Below, in pieces: positions 25,870 through 35,317 of a stretch of DNA of 64,000 nt (its first letter is position 1; each line of letters starts with the position of its first letter). Both the position numbers and the translations under genes were made by a program. The notes beneath the pieces were generated by a model. The model did not search any database. It was not told the origin of the DNA and worked only from the letters and a program-made list of their open reading frames with translations. The DNA is from a virus. Taxonomy: Duplodnaviria; Caudoviricetes. Location of the stretch: positions 160,001 to 224,000 of the IMG/VR virus record IMGVR_UViG_3300034126_000020; one strand, 5' to 3'.

Positions 25870-25934
25870 TTGACCTGTGCAGACAGCGTATCGCTATGAA
25901 ACTTCGACTACTCTGTCCCAACAGGATACCAGTT

Positions 25935-27194
25935 ATGTCAACCCCGGCTCCTAATGTGAAGTCGTTGTTCGAGGAGGCTACTAAGCACCTGACCATCGAC
26001 CGCAAGTTCCTCCACAAGCTCCAAGGTTACCGCCAACACTTTGCCAACAAGAATGATGACCACGTCGCGTTCTTCGGTGGCCACTTGATGGGTGTACAGG
26101 ATGTGCGCTTTACCAAGGCAGATCGTCTCGAATGGCTCAGCGGTGTCTTGGACATCGACGACGTCACGCTGCAAGAAGACCTCCTGACCCTGAGCACCCT
26201 TGTACCCGATCCCAACAAGGTCCGCTTCGTATCCACAGACGTGATGAACCTCTCGTGCCTGTGGTTGGTTCACGCCATCTACAACTCGTCCCTGACTGAC
26301 AAGGAAAAGCACCAAGGCATGATCGATGCCCTGCTCGTCCTCGAATACAAATTCATCACCTCGATCTTGGCCTACTGGTTTCCCAACCGGGCCGACGAAG
26401 CAGTGGCTACGGCAACGTACGCTCGACTGCCGAAGAAGTTCAAGCTCAAGGAATTGGGCTCGTGGGGTGCATTGCTGGTCTACCGGGCTGAAGCCACAGT
26501 GGATTCAGTGTCGCCACACTTCAAGAACAAGACGTTCCAGAAGTTCGATGACGACTACGACATCATCTACATGGTCAACGACATCCAGGGCCGGATCAAA
26601 GGCTACCTGAAGAACATCCGGGACGTGTTCGAGATCGTTCGGAAAGACCCTACCGCGTTGATCCGCACCAACAGCAACACCTCGATCAACATGGACGGTG
26701 AAGTCGTCGTCAAGAACAAGAAGAACGTGTACTCAACCTATCGTCGTTACATTGACGAAGTCATGACAGACCGCAACAGCTTCATCATCCCGGAACTCTC
26801 CGAGATCGTGGCCAGCTGCATGCCGAAGTTGCCACTGCACAACATGATGCAGTGCCTTGAGTACATGACACGTCACTCGTCCAAGATGAAAGGCGATCCC
26901 GATGTCGCTCGACTGGTGGACTTGACGCTGGAGCATTTGTTCGACTACATCGCCACCAACCGCAATACCATCAACGTCCGGGACATTCCTGGTTTGCTCA
27001 CCAAACTGTGCAATCTGTACAAAGCCTCGCGGGCTAACAATGACCTGTTACTGGGCATGCGCGAAGTCGGTGAGAAAGTGGTGCGTAAAGCGGTCAAGAC
27101 CAAGAACGACAACTTGGTCATGTCGATTCGGACTGGCGCGATCCTGTACTTGGTGGCTCGTACCATCACCATGAACTACTATCGCAAGAGCTAA
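25935..27194 (+). CDS. Conserved chimallivirus protein, probably virion structural (419 aa)
   Basis: AGGA SD before ATG 25935; convergent with terminase as in related phages (from recall of synteny). Confidence 0.65.
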   Translation: MSTPAPNVKSLFEEATKHLTIDRKFLHKLQGYRQHFANKNDDHVAFFGGHLMGVQDVRFTKADRLEWLSGVLDIDDVTLQEDLLTLSTLVPDPNKVRFVSTDVMNLSCLWLVHAIYNSSLTDKEKHQGMIDALLVLEYKFITSILAYWFPNRADEAVATATYARLPKKFKLKELGSWGALLVYRAEATVDSVSPHFKNKTFQKFDDDYDIIYMVNDIQGRIKGYLKNIRDVFEIVRKDPTALIRTNSNTSINMDGEVVVKNKKNVYSTYRRYIDEVMTDRNSFIIPELSEIVASCMPKLPLHNMMQCLEYMTRHSSKMKGDPDVARLVDLTLEHLFDYIATNRNTINVRDIPGLLTKLCNLYKASRANNDLLLGMREVGEKVVRKAVKTKNDNLVMSIRTGAILYLVARTITMNYYRKS

Positions 27195-27201
27195 GCGAGA
27201 C

Positions 27202-27240
27202 AACATACAGGGCGGGGGAATCCCCCGCCCCTTATGCCGC
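27202..27240. terminator. Bidirectional hairpin with TTATGCCG flank
   Basis: CATAC AGGGCGGGG GAAT CCCCGCCCC TTATGCCGC between convergent genes. Confidence 0.65.
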
Positions 27241-27241
27241 A

Positions 27242-29461
27242 TCAACAGATCACGTAGTTCTTACCAGGCATCTTGAAGGTCTTGCGTTGCTGAACCGTGT
27301 TGAAGTTGATTGGACGGTCGATCTCCAATGCACGACCCGGACCGAAGTTCCGGTTGGCAATGTTGAGCTTCTCACGGCTGCTTTCCCTGATCTGGTCAAG
27401 GGACATCGTGCCTTCCATTTCAAACTCGTCGGTAATTTGCAACAACAGCAATTCCAGACGGTGTTGCAGTTTCATCCGTTCGAACGTATTACGCTCTTGA
27501 CCGATGCGCTCACCCAATTGAGTGACTTCATCGCGGACTGCCTGCTGTTGGTCATAACGACGTTGTTCTTCCCACGAGAGTTTGTGCTCGGCTTCGTAGA
27601 TACGACGCTTCACTTCACTCAGGGTAATGCCGTAGTGCTCAAGGTTACGGCCATAGGTCAGGAACCAATGGCAGAGCAACCAGCTGATAACGTGGTCATC
27701 GTGGCCCGAAGCATCGTGGTCGATTCGACCATTACGTTCTACGAGGCGAGACAACTCACTCTGGAGTTTAGCGTCGCGTACCACCGCACCGGTCTTCTTG
27801 GCTGCTTCTTGCAGCACAGGACCGTAGATGATTTCGCGCAACTGGGAATTGGTGGGGAAGCCGAAGTACTTCCGGTAGGACCGGTAGTTGTCTCGGTCGC
27901 CGATGTATTCATGGTACCGCTTACGGTCTTCAGGCGACGAGTCCTTGGCATCCACGAGTGTCGAGTAGATACGTTTGGCCGGGTCAATCTTGAACGTAGG
28001 CATGGTGAGGAGCAAGGTGTCGAGGATACCGATCCAGGTAGACTTGGATTCAGGCACCATCGTCAGTTTAGGGAACCGGACCAAGATCTTACCCACCCAC
28101 ATGGCAAAGGCCGTGAGGTTGGAGTCGTTGACTGTCCAAGCACCTACAACTTCAAGTGTACTGTTGTCTACAATGACCCCAGTGATGTTGTCTCGACCCA
28201 CGGCGTTGGAGGTATCCATGCCCATGGTGAGTTCGCGGTTACGAATGCCTTGTTCCACTTCCCATTCCGGGATGTACCACCGGATGGAATAGTTCTCCTG
28301 CTTGTCGATCTCCAAGTACAGCGGCTTAGTGACGCTGGCATGGATCTTACGCAGGGTGTCCTTGGACAATGGGTTACGGGCGTTACCCGAGGTCCATTCG
28401 TTCAAGTAATCTCGACGGACGTTGTCACCGGTCTGACGGGATTCAGCGATCTTCTGACGCAGCCAAGCATCGGTCTTACCGAGTTGCTTGTGGTTGAAGG
28501 TACCGTTGATAAGGATCGCGTCCTTGTTACGGCATTGCTTACGCACCACGTCGTACAGGTGTTCGCTGCTGTCGCAATCGTAGAAGTGATCGTTCCACTC
28601 TGCGCCGCCGGTCATCAGGTCGTAAGCGTAAGCGCCTTCGTCCGTATCCAGTTCGCCAGCAGTAGTGGTGAAGATGTTACCGTACGGCAGGCCGTTACGT
28701 GCAGCTTCTTCACGAGCCGCACCACCACCCGCCAGCATAACGCCGAGGGAGATGTGTACGTTCTTCAGGAACGCGATTTCGTCCGTGTGGGAGTGTGGGG
28801 TGGTCAGACCACGACCCAGGTTACGTGCCGCTTCCTCGTCCTTCTGAGGAATGTACACCACCATGCGGTTGCCCTGAGACATGTTGGTGAATTCTTTCTG
28901 GTTGTCCGTGTCCTTCTTGACAATGTTGACCAGATACTTCGGCAGCAAGCCCCGCAGCTTCTTGAGACGGGCGATGTGTTCTTTAAACAAGTCACCCTTG
29001 GTGAACAAGTTAGAACGGGAGTTCCGTGCCCCGAACATCTGGTACCATACCGAGATGCCGTCGGAGTTCAACGACTTACCGGTCTGACGAATCTGCACCA
29101 GGAAGTAGTCGATGTGGTTCAGGAAGCTCCACCACAGTGAGATGTTACCTCGGTTAGCCTGAAGGACAACCGGCGTATCACCAGCGGCAGGTGGTACACG
29201 CATCACTTCACGAATGAAGTACCACGGGTTGAAGGTGCACTCAATTTTGATCTTGAGTTTCATCTCCTCGGTCAGGAACGGGTCGTAAGGATCGACGCCC
29301 TGAAGGTCAGGCTGCATCAAAGCCAGCATGAACAAGTGGTTCTGTACGCCCATGTGTTTCAACAGGGACGAGAACTCGAGGAATGACGTGTTGGTCGTTT
29401 GGGTATCCCAGATAGCGGTAGGATATCGGTCCCAGTCGGGTTTAAAGAGGATCGTTTCCAT
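27242..29461 (-). CDS. terL: Terminase large subunit (739 aa)
   Basis: Walker A RQTGKS, Walker B HSHTDE, RNase H-like nuclease GMDTS ... HDDHV; AAGGA SD before ATG 29461. Confidence 0.93.
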   Translation of the reverse strand: METILFKPDWDRYPTAIWDTQTTNTSFLEFSSLLKHMGVQNHLFMLALMQPDLQGVDPYDPFLTEEMKLKIKIECTFNPWYFIREVMRVPPAAGDTPVVLQANRGNISLWWSFLNHIDYFLVQIRQTGKSLNSDGISVWYQMFGARNSRSNLFTKGDLFKEHIARLKKLRGLLPKYLVNIVKKDTDNQKEFTNMSQGNRMVVYIPQKDEEAARNLGRGLTTPHSHTDEIAFLKNVHISLGVMLAGGGAAREEAARNGLPYGNIFTTTAGELDTDEGAYAYDLMTGGAEWNDHFYDCDSSEHLYDVVRKQCRNKDAILINGTFNHKQLGKTDAWLRQKIAESRQTGDNVRRDYLNEWTSGNARNPLSKDTLRKIHASVTKPLYLEIDKQENYSIRWYIPEWEVEQGIRNRELTMGMDTSNAVGRDNITGVIVDNSTLEVVGAWTVNDSNLTAFAMWVGKILVRFPKLTMVPESKSTWIGILDTLLLTMPTFKIDPAKRIYSTLVDAKDSSPEDRKRYHEYIGDRDNYRSYRKYFGFPTNSQLREIIYGPVLQEAAKKTGAVVRDAKLQSELSRLVERNGRIDHDASGHDDHVISWLLCHWFLTYGRNLEHYGITLSEVKRRIYEAEHKLSWEEQRRYDQQQAVRDEVTQLGERIGQERNTFERMKLQHRLELLLLQITDEFEMEGTMSLDQIRESSREKLNIANRNFGPGRALEIDRPINFNTVQQRKTFKMPGKNYVIC

Positions 29462-29533
29462 GACTGTTCCTTGACAGGACAACATACGGAACACAGGACT
29501 GCCGGGGATCACCCCAGCAGCCCCATGCACCAA

Positions 29534-31210
29534 TCAGTTGCTTTGCTCGACGGCCAAGCCAGTCACACCCAACTGAAGCTGGGCGTTTGCGGTCTCCCGA
29601 ACCCATCGGATGTAGATGGTTTCGCCGACTTTCACGTCGTTGAGGATCGGGAATTCTTGATTCCACTGAGTCACTGCGAATGGGTACTCACGCGTCTTCG
29701 TTTGGATAACGAAGTGCGTAGGTTCAAGCGCGCTGACTTCACTGGTGTCATCGAACAAGTGGTTGAGTGGGTAGTAGACCTTGTTGAGCCAACCGTCCAG
29801 ATCTGTAGCCCCCGCTTTGAGATCCAGGTACGACAGGTTGACGTTGACGAAGCGGTTCTTGGCAATGACGCCTGCACCGAAGAACTTCTCCTGCGTCGGG
29901 TCGCACTTGACCTGCCACTTGTCGCCTTTCTCAGAACCGGGCTTCATCAAAGCAAACTCGGCAGATTGGACGAACCGGTGTTCAGGGAAGATCGGGTCGA
30001 TGTTGCTGAGCAACACACCGAACTTCAGGCGCTGACGGGACACGAAGTCCTTACCGTCGAAGGCCACTTCGTTGTCTGGGGTCTCCACAACCGAACGCGG
30101 TACACGGTAGTACTGATCACGGTCGATATTGAAGAGCCAGAAATCGAGGTCATAACGCGACGCTGGATCGTTCCAGGTCGGGAATGCGTACAGACGCACA
30201 CTATAAGCGTTGTCTGCCGCGATGGCCTTGATTGTGAATGGCTCGGTAATGAACCCGTTTTCCGTGATCCCGTGCTCCAGAGAGTACTCATCGTCGGACA
30301 ACTTGTACGCCAGAGTCAGCTTCGCAGCGTAGGTCTGGATCGTTGGGGAGTACCAGCGCAGGCCGTGCAACGACATCTTGCCAGTGCCGTCCAGTACCAC
30401 CGGGATCTCGAGTTCTTCACCGGTGTTGTACCGCACTACGCCGGTCATGACCACAGTCCTGAGGTCGACGTTGATTGGCACTACCAGTTGGCTCGGGTCC
30501 GCTTCGGACAGGTAAGGACTACGCAGGCCCACAGAACGGATCTGCTTACGACCAGCCGCCGTACGACGCACAAGGGTGGTGTTCTCCACCAACATGGTCG
30601 ACTTGCTCAGGGCGTTACCCGCAGCGTTGTACAGCACCACGGTGACCGGTTCGCCGTTGGACAGCTTACGGTTCGTGTTACCGGCCTTCGGTGCCCAGAT
30701 CGCCCAGTTGTTGATGTCATCGTGGCCGACATGTTCCAACCCAACGTTCTCGTTGATGTATTCGCCAGACGGAGAATAAGACGCAGAGATCAAGATGCCG
30801 TTGTCGGTCAAGTCCGTGCCGAGGAAGACCTTGTAGTGGTCCGCATCAGAACGGTACAGGTGGAGACGACCGTCGATCTGCATCGAGTACGGCATTTGAC
30901 GGGTGTCGATGTACACGCGCCATGTTTCCGATTGCGAACCGGTACCGACTCCCAGCAATTGGTCGACGATCACGTTGTTCTCGGTCACCATCGGCAGCTT
31001 CCACGGAATGAACGTGCACTTACCAGTGGTGATGTCGATTGTGGTCACCAGATACCAACCTGTGGTCAGGTCGATGATCAGGTCATCCACGTTGGGGCAG
31101 TGCAGACCAGTGCCTGGCTTGCCCGTGAAGATCTGTTTCATGAACCAGATTCGGGGTTCACGCGTCAGATCGACAATACCTACCTGAGGAATGTCTTCAA
31201 CAGTACTCAT
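29534..31210 (-). CDS. Virion structural protein (phiKZ gp26-like, baseplate region)
   Basis: Beta-rich 558-aa protein immediately upstream of terL; conserved synteny. Confidence 0.7.
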   Translation of the reverse strand: MSTVEDIPQVGIVDLTREPRIWFMKQIFTGKPGTGLHCPNVDDLIIDLTTGWYLVTTIDITTGKCTFIPWKLPMVTENNVIVDQLLGVGTGSQSETWRVYIDTRQMPYSMQIDGRLHLYRSDADHYKVFLGTDLTDNGILISASYSPSGEYINENVGLEHVGHDDINNWAIWAPKAGNTNRKLSNGEPVTVVLYNAAGNALSKSTMLVENTTLVRRTAAGRKQIRSVGLRSPYLSEADPSQLVVPINVDLRTVVMTGVVRYNTGEELEIPVVLDGTGKMSLHGLRWYSPTIQTYAAKLTLAYKLSDDEYSLEHGITENGFITEPFTIKAIAADNAYSVRLYAFPTWNDPASRYDLDFWLFNIDRDQYYRVPRSVVETPDNEVAFDGKDFVSRQRLKFGVLLSNIDPIFPEHRFVQSAEFALMKPGSEKGDKWQVKCDPTQEKFFGAGVIAKNRFVNVNLSYLDLKAGATDLDGWLNKVYYPLNHLFDDTSEVSALEPTHFVIQTKTREYPFAVTQWNQEFPILNDVKVGETIYIRWVRETANAQLQLGVTGLAVEQSN

Positions 31211-31248
31211 CTAATCATCACGGGGACCGAGTCCCCGTGCTCCTGAGG

Positions 31249-33819
31249 TTATTCGATTGGCAGGTGGTCGATGACGATGGCATTGGTGATGTCGATCTTG
31301 TCGTTCAGCATCACCTTGATCGCCCGAGCCAGGAAGTTGTACTGGTAGATCGGGAGGCGGAAGACTTCGTTGCGTTCATGGGCTTCAATGCTCACGTACC
31401 GCTCGTCGAATCCCTTGGTCGTTGGCTCGTATTTGAGCAGCCAGTTATACCCCTCACACCACTTGCGCACATCCACGTCGCTGTAGTACTCAGTCAGCGG
31501 GATCTGGTCAAAGTACCCACTGATCAAGTCGTGCATCAGCTTGCCCACGAAGGGACTGTACACGGAGTGACGGTGCGGGATCAGGTTGACCTCTTGTGGA
31601 GGGACCTCACCAGCCCGGATGGTCATGTAGTCTTCGATCTGCTTGTCAGTGGCTTCCGCCACCGCTCGCATGTCGTACGCATCCTGATACGTCACGCCCC
31701 GCAAAGGGATCAACGGCTCAGTGACCTGATACGGTGCACCGTTACGCACGTTCTTCAGAACCACTTCCGGGCGGTCTTCTGCCCAGCTCAGTTCATCACG
31801 GCTCCAGATACGACCATCGGCAATGACGCGGATCACCTTGTCATCACGCAGGTTCCAACGGTTGTTACGGCTGAGCAGACCGTTCTCCACGAACCCGTAC
31901 TCTGCCTCTTTGACCCGAGACATGTCTGGGTTGCAGAAGCCGGTGTGACGGATGGTGATGACGTTCTTCGTCCCCACTTGGTTGCGGTACTGCCGGTTGA
32001 TGATCATGATCTCTTTATCGACCATGAACCAATCGAGTTTCTCGATCAGCGGGAAACCATTCAACCAGATCTCCAACAACCCAGCTGGGATCTCCACCAA
32101 GCCTTCGTAAAGAATGCCGTCAATGCGGATCTCTTTCACGTTCAGGCTGAACCGCAGCAATGCATCCGCGTAGTCCAACTCAAGGTTGTACGTCAGGAAC
32201 GAGTCATCGAACTTGACCGCGGTGTAGAACATCTGCGGATTGACCTTCCACACCACTTCCCCTTCAATGAGGTCGTAGTGCGTGCCTTTGTCCGTGACGT
32301 CGAACCAATCACCCGTAGGCAATGCGTTCTCAATCGGGCAGACGTAGCAGCGATAGGTCAGGCCTGCCTTGACCTTGGCATTCTTCCCGTAAACGGTCGT
32401 CATCACGTCGGTACCACGGCCCACGATGCCCTCAATGTAGCGGCATGCTTCAGCACGAGGCACGTAGTTCTGCACGTTCTGGTTCAAGTACCAGCCCAAC
32501 AGGCGACCACTGCCATCGTACTCGTAGACGGTGCTCTCACCACGCAGCCCGAACGGCAACTCCGTCCAAGCCTTGGGAGACGCGATCTTCTGCGGCGTGT
32601 CAGCCACGATCCGAGTGATGGTGTTGTAGCCATAAGCGGCTTCGACCATCTCACGGGTGATGCCACCCGACGGGCTGCGCATCAAGGCGGTGTACTGAGA
32701 CTTCTCCAGCTCCTCGATACGCCACACATCCACCACAGCCTCAGTACCGAGCACTGCGCCCAGCCAATCAGCGTCTTCGAGCTTGTACAGCTCTTTGATG
32801 TGATGTGCTTCGCTCATCAGCGTACGATCCAGCCCAGAACGGCGAATGAACATCTGCACCGTGATCTGGTTGTTGACTGCCCAGTTGGGATTCTGGTTCA
32901 GAAAGCGGTCCACTTGAGCCGTTGGAATGGAATAGTCGCGATGGGTGACCATGCGCAACGAATCCTCGACGTTCTTGTGGTAGTACACGCCCTTGTGAAT
33001 GTACGGGGTCTTCTTGTACATCAGGAAGATGTCTTGATCGTCCCGGTACCAGATGAGGTCGTCGTTGTTGACCTTTGGATGAAGCAAGTACTTCTGCTTC
33101 TGATCCATTTCCGACAGGAACACCGGAAGGTCTTTGACTTCGAACTCTTCGACGCGGATCACCGAGCTATCACGCACGATCTCAACAAGGTCACCCGTTT
33201 TCATGGTGCTCACGTTGAGTTCATTGACCCGCCAGCCATTCACGAAGGCAAAGCAGTAACCCGTCTTCAGGCGCATGTCCCGCAACTTGAACGTCAAGGC
33301 GTTGATCTGCGAACTGGAGGCCGGTTGAGCGTAGTGGTACTCAATGCCCGCGTACTGATCAATCGTGTCGTCACGATCGAAGAAGGCGTTGCTGTAGAAC
33401 CGGACGTAGACGTTCTCTTGACCAAAGTCACCGATGGTGAGCAGGTTCTCGATGGCGATCACGAGGTTGCCGTCGTCCGTATAAAGGAAGTACGCCAAAC
33501 GCCGAGGGATCATCAGACCCCGTTCGGTGTAGATGTCGATCAGCAGGATGGAGTCCACCATCTGGCTGCTGACCGCAGTCCACGTGTTTCGCTTCAGGTC
33601 AAGGTCCAGATTGCTCAGGGCGATGTTACCGAATTGGAACACATGGTAGCGTTCTTTTACAGTCGGGAGATTGAAGCGCGTCCATAGCACTTCAATACTT
33701 CCCCGAGCCCCGACTTTAGGGCTGATGCGTGCAGGACGAAGGATGTGCTGCCGGTCCTGCTCCGGTGCACACCACACGTTCTTGTACGCATGGTTGATCA
33801 GAAAATCATCGGAGGTCAT
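31249..33819 (-). CDS. Virion structural protein (phiKZ gp27-like, 856 aa)
   Basis: Starts with the family-like LINHAYKNVWCAPEQDRQ; synteny with terminase and sheath. Confidence 0.72.
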   Translation of the reverse strand: MTSDDFLINHAYKNVWCAPEQDRQHILRPARISPKVGARGSIEVLWTRFNLPTVKERYHVFQFGNIALSNLDLDLKRNTWTAVSSQMVDSILLIDIYTERGLMIPRRLAYFLYTDDGNLVIAIENLLTIGDFGQENVYVRFYSNAFFDRDDTIDQYAGIEYHYAQPASSSQINALTFKLRDMRLKTGYCFAFVNGWRVNELNVSTMKTGDLVEIVRDSSVIRVEEFEVKDLPVFLSEMDQKQKYLLHPKVNNDDLIWYRDDQDIFLMYKKTPYIHKGVYYHKNVEDSLRMVTHRDYSIPTAQVDRFLNQNPNWAVNNQITVQMFIRRSGLDRTLMSEAHHIKELYKLEDADWLGAVLGTEAVVDVWRIEELEKSQYTALMRSPSGGITREMVEAAYGYNTITRIVADTPQKIASPKAWTELPFGLRGESTVYEYDGSGRLLGWYLNQNVQNYVPRAEACRYIEGIVGRGTDVMTTVYGKNAKVKAGLTYRCYVCPIENALPTGDWFDVTDKGTHYDLIEGEVVWKVNPQMFYTAVKFDDSFLTYNLELDYADALLRFSLNVKEIRIDGILYEGLVEIPAGLLEIWLNGFPLIEKLDWFMVDKEIMIINRQYRNQVGTKNVITIRHTGFCNPDMSRVKEAEYGFVENGLLSRNNRWNLRDDKVIRVIADGRIWSRDELSWAEDRPEVVLKNVRNGAPYQVTEPLIPLRGVTYQDAYDMRAVAEATDKQIEDYMTIRAGEVPPQEVNLIPHRHSVYSPFVGKLMHDLISGYFDQIPLTEYYSDVDVRKWCEGYNWLLKYEPTTKGFDERYVSIEAHERNEVFRLPIYQYNFLARAIKVMLNDKIDITNAIVIDHLPIE

Positions 33820-33840
33820 GACACTCGCCCTTTTGAGTAA

Positions 33841-35151
33841 TCAGTCATTACCTGCGATGATCTCATCCAGGTACTTGCTGAAGGTGGTCTTCATTGGCGT
33901 TTCGCCAGACGGGCTCACTTCGTAGAGGTTGCCCTTGGAGTCGGCTGCAATGAACACCGAATCCACGCCCACGCTTTCGATCACGTACAGGCCTTTGGTC
34001 TTGAAGTACTTGCTGATCTCTTTGGTGCCAGCGATCACGTCGAGGTGACCAGCCTTCTGGCCCAAACCGTAGATCTCGTGACTACCCACCGACAACACGC
34101 CGAACTTCTTCAAGAAGGCCACGTAGTCAGGAGCAAACTTCACGCCCAGTTCTTTCTGTGCCAGATCCACTTCAGCCTGAGAAGCTGGAGCGTTGGATTC
34201 GAACGTTTCCATCGACACGGTCATCGGACGGATCTTGCCCGCCAAGGTTTCCATGGACTTCACGAAACCAGACAGGTTCGTTTCGTTCAAACCGATCTTC
34301 TGCACGAGGCTGCCGAGGCTGGTCTTGCGCCACACTTTCGCGTTAGCAGCAGACTCGATCAACGACAGGAACACCGGTGGGTATTCCAAGGCTACGCCGC
34401 AGATGGCTTCCTTGCCCCAACCGAACCACGAACGACCCAGGGACATGGTAATGAAACCCACGTTGACCTGAGTGATGCGGGTGTTGGAGGAGAAGTGAGC
34501 ACGCAGCACAGACACGAAGTCTTCCAGCAACGCCATGTACGGCGAGGTTTCAACGACGTTCTGAATGATCGCAATCGGGTGACGGGTCCAGCGCTGAAGC
34601 AATGCACAAGCGGTCCCTTTACCATAAGTCGACAGTGCTTCGTCTGCACCATAAAACTGATGGATGTAAAAAAGTCCCGTAATGATCTGAACCTCGCGTT
34701 GTGCTACTTCGTCGACGCCGAGCTTACCTGTGATGAGCCCAGCGACCCAAGCGATGTACACTTGGGGAGCCAAATCGCCCACACGCAGGAAGTCATCCCG
34801 CACAGAGCGGTCTTTAACCCACAACGCAGTCAACTCTCCCATGCGGACTACAAAGTCAGCTTGGGTTTGGTTAGCGACGATGAAGCCTGTAGCAGAGCGC
34901 TGTTCCTTGCGCATGAACGAACGACCGTCAGCAAACACGACGCCGTTTTCGTTCAGCTTACGACTGCCGTATTCCTCGGAAGTAATCGGCAGGACAAAGG
35001 CGTCAATCTTCTCGACAGCCGGTGTAACCAGAACAACAGCGGGACCGTCGGCGACCAACCCACCCATGGCTTTTGCCACGGCAAGTTCGCTGATAATTTC
35101 GCCAGTTCTGTGTTGGCGAAGTACGGTGGAGTTCCAGGGGCTGGTGATCAT
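33841..35151 (-). CDS. Virion protein (phiKZ gp28-like) fused to a C-terminal SMI1/KNR4 (SUKH) domain
   Basis: The N-terminal ~315 aa are syntenic with gp28. The C-terminal PASQAEVDLAQKELGVKFAPDYVAFLKKFG is the SUKH signature. AGAGGT SD before ATG 35151. Confidence 0.75.
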   Translation of the reverse strand: MITSPWNSTVLRQHRTGEIISELAVAKAMGGLVADGPAVVLVTPAVEKIDAFVLPITSEEYGSRKLNENGVVFADGRSFMRKEQRSATGFIVANQTQADFVVRMGELTALWVKDRSVRDDFLRVGDLAPQVYIAWVAGLITGKLGVDEVAQREVQIITGLFYIHQFYGADEALSTYGKGTACALLQRWTRHPIAIIQNVVETSPYMALLEDFVSVLRAHFSSNTRITQVNVGFITMSLGRSWFGWGKEAICGVALEYPPVFLSLIESAANAKVWRKTSLGSLVQKIGLNETNLSGFVKSMETLAGKIRPMTVSMETFESNAPASQAEVDLAQKELGVKFAPDYVAFLKKFGVLSVGSHEIYGLGQKAGHLDVIAGTKEISKYFKTKGLYVIESVGVDSVFIAADSKGNLYEVSPSGETPMKTTFSKYLDEIIAGND

Positions 35152-35317
35152 CTTCGACCTCTTCTGTCGCAACCAGTAAAAAATAACAAAATAGTATGTG
35201 GTGATGGTATCGAATACATCGAGTACCGAATCCTACGGTTTTTAAATGTAGGCAAGGGCCATACCATTCGTAACTTCACGCGCGAAGTTGATATTCTTTC
35301 CCATGGGAGACATGAAC

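Noticed and set aside
35246-35272. Ninth copy of the promoter motif upstream of the gp28-like gene
   Set aside because: TACAT is present, but the upstream hexamer does not match at 13-nt spacing and the downstream gene is structural.
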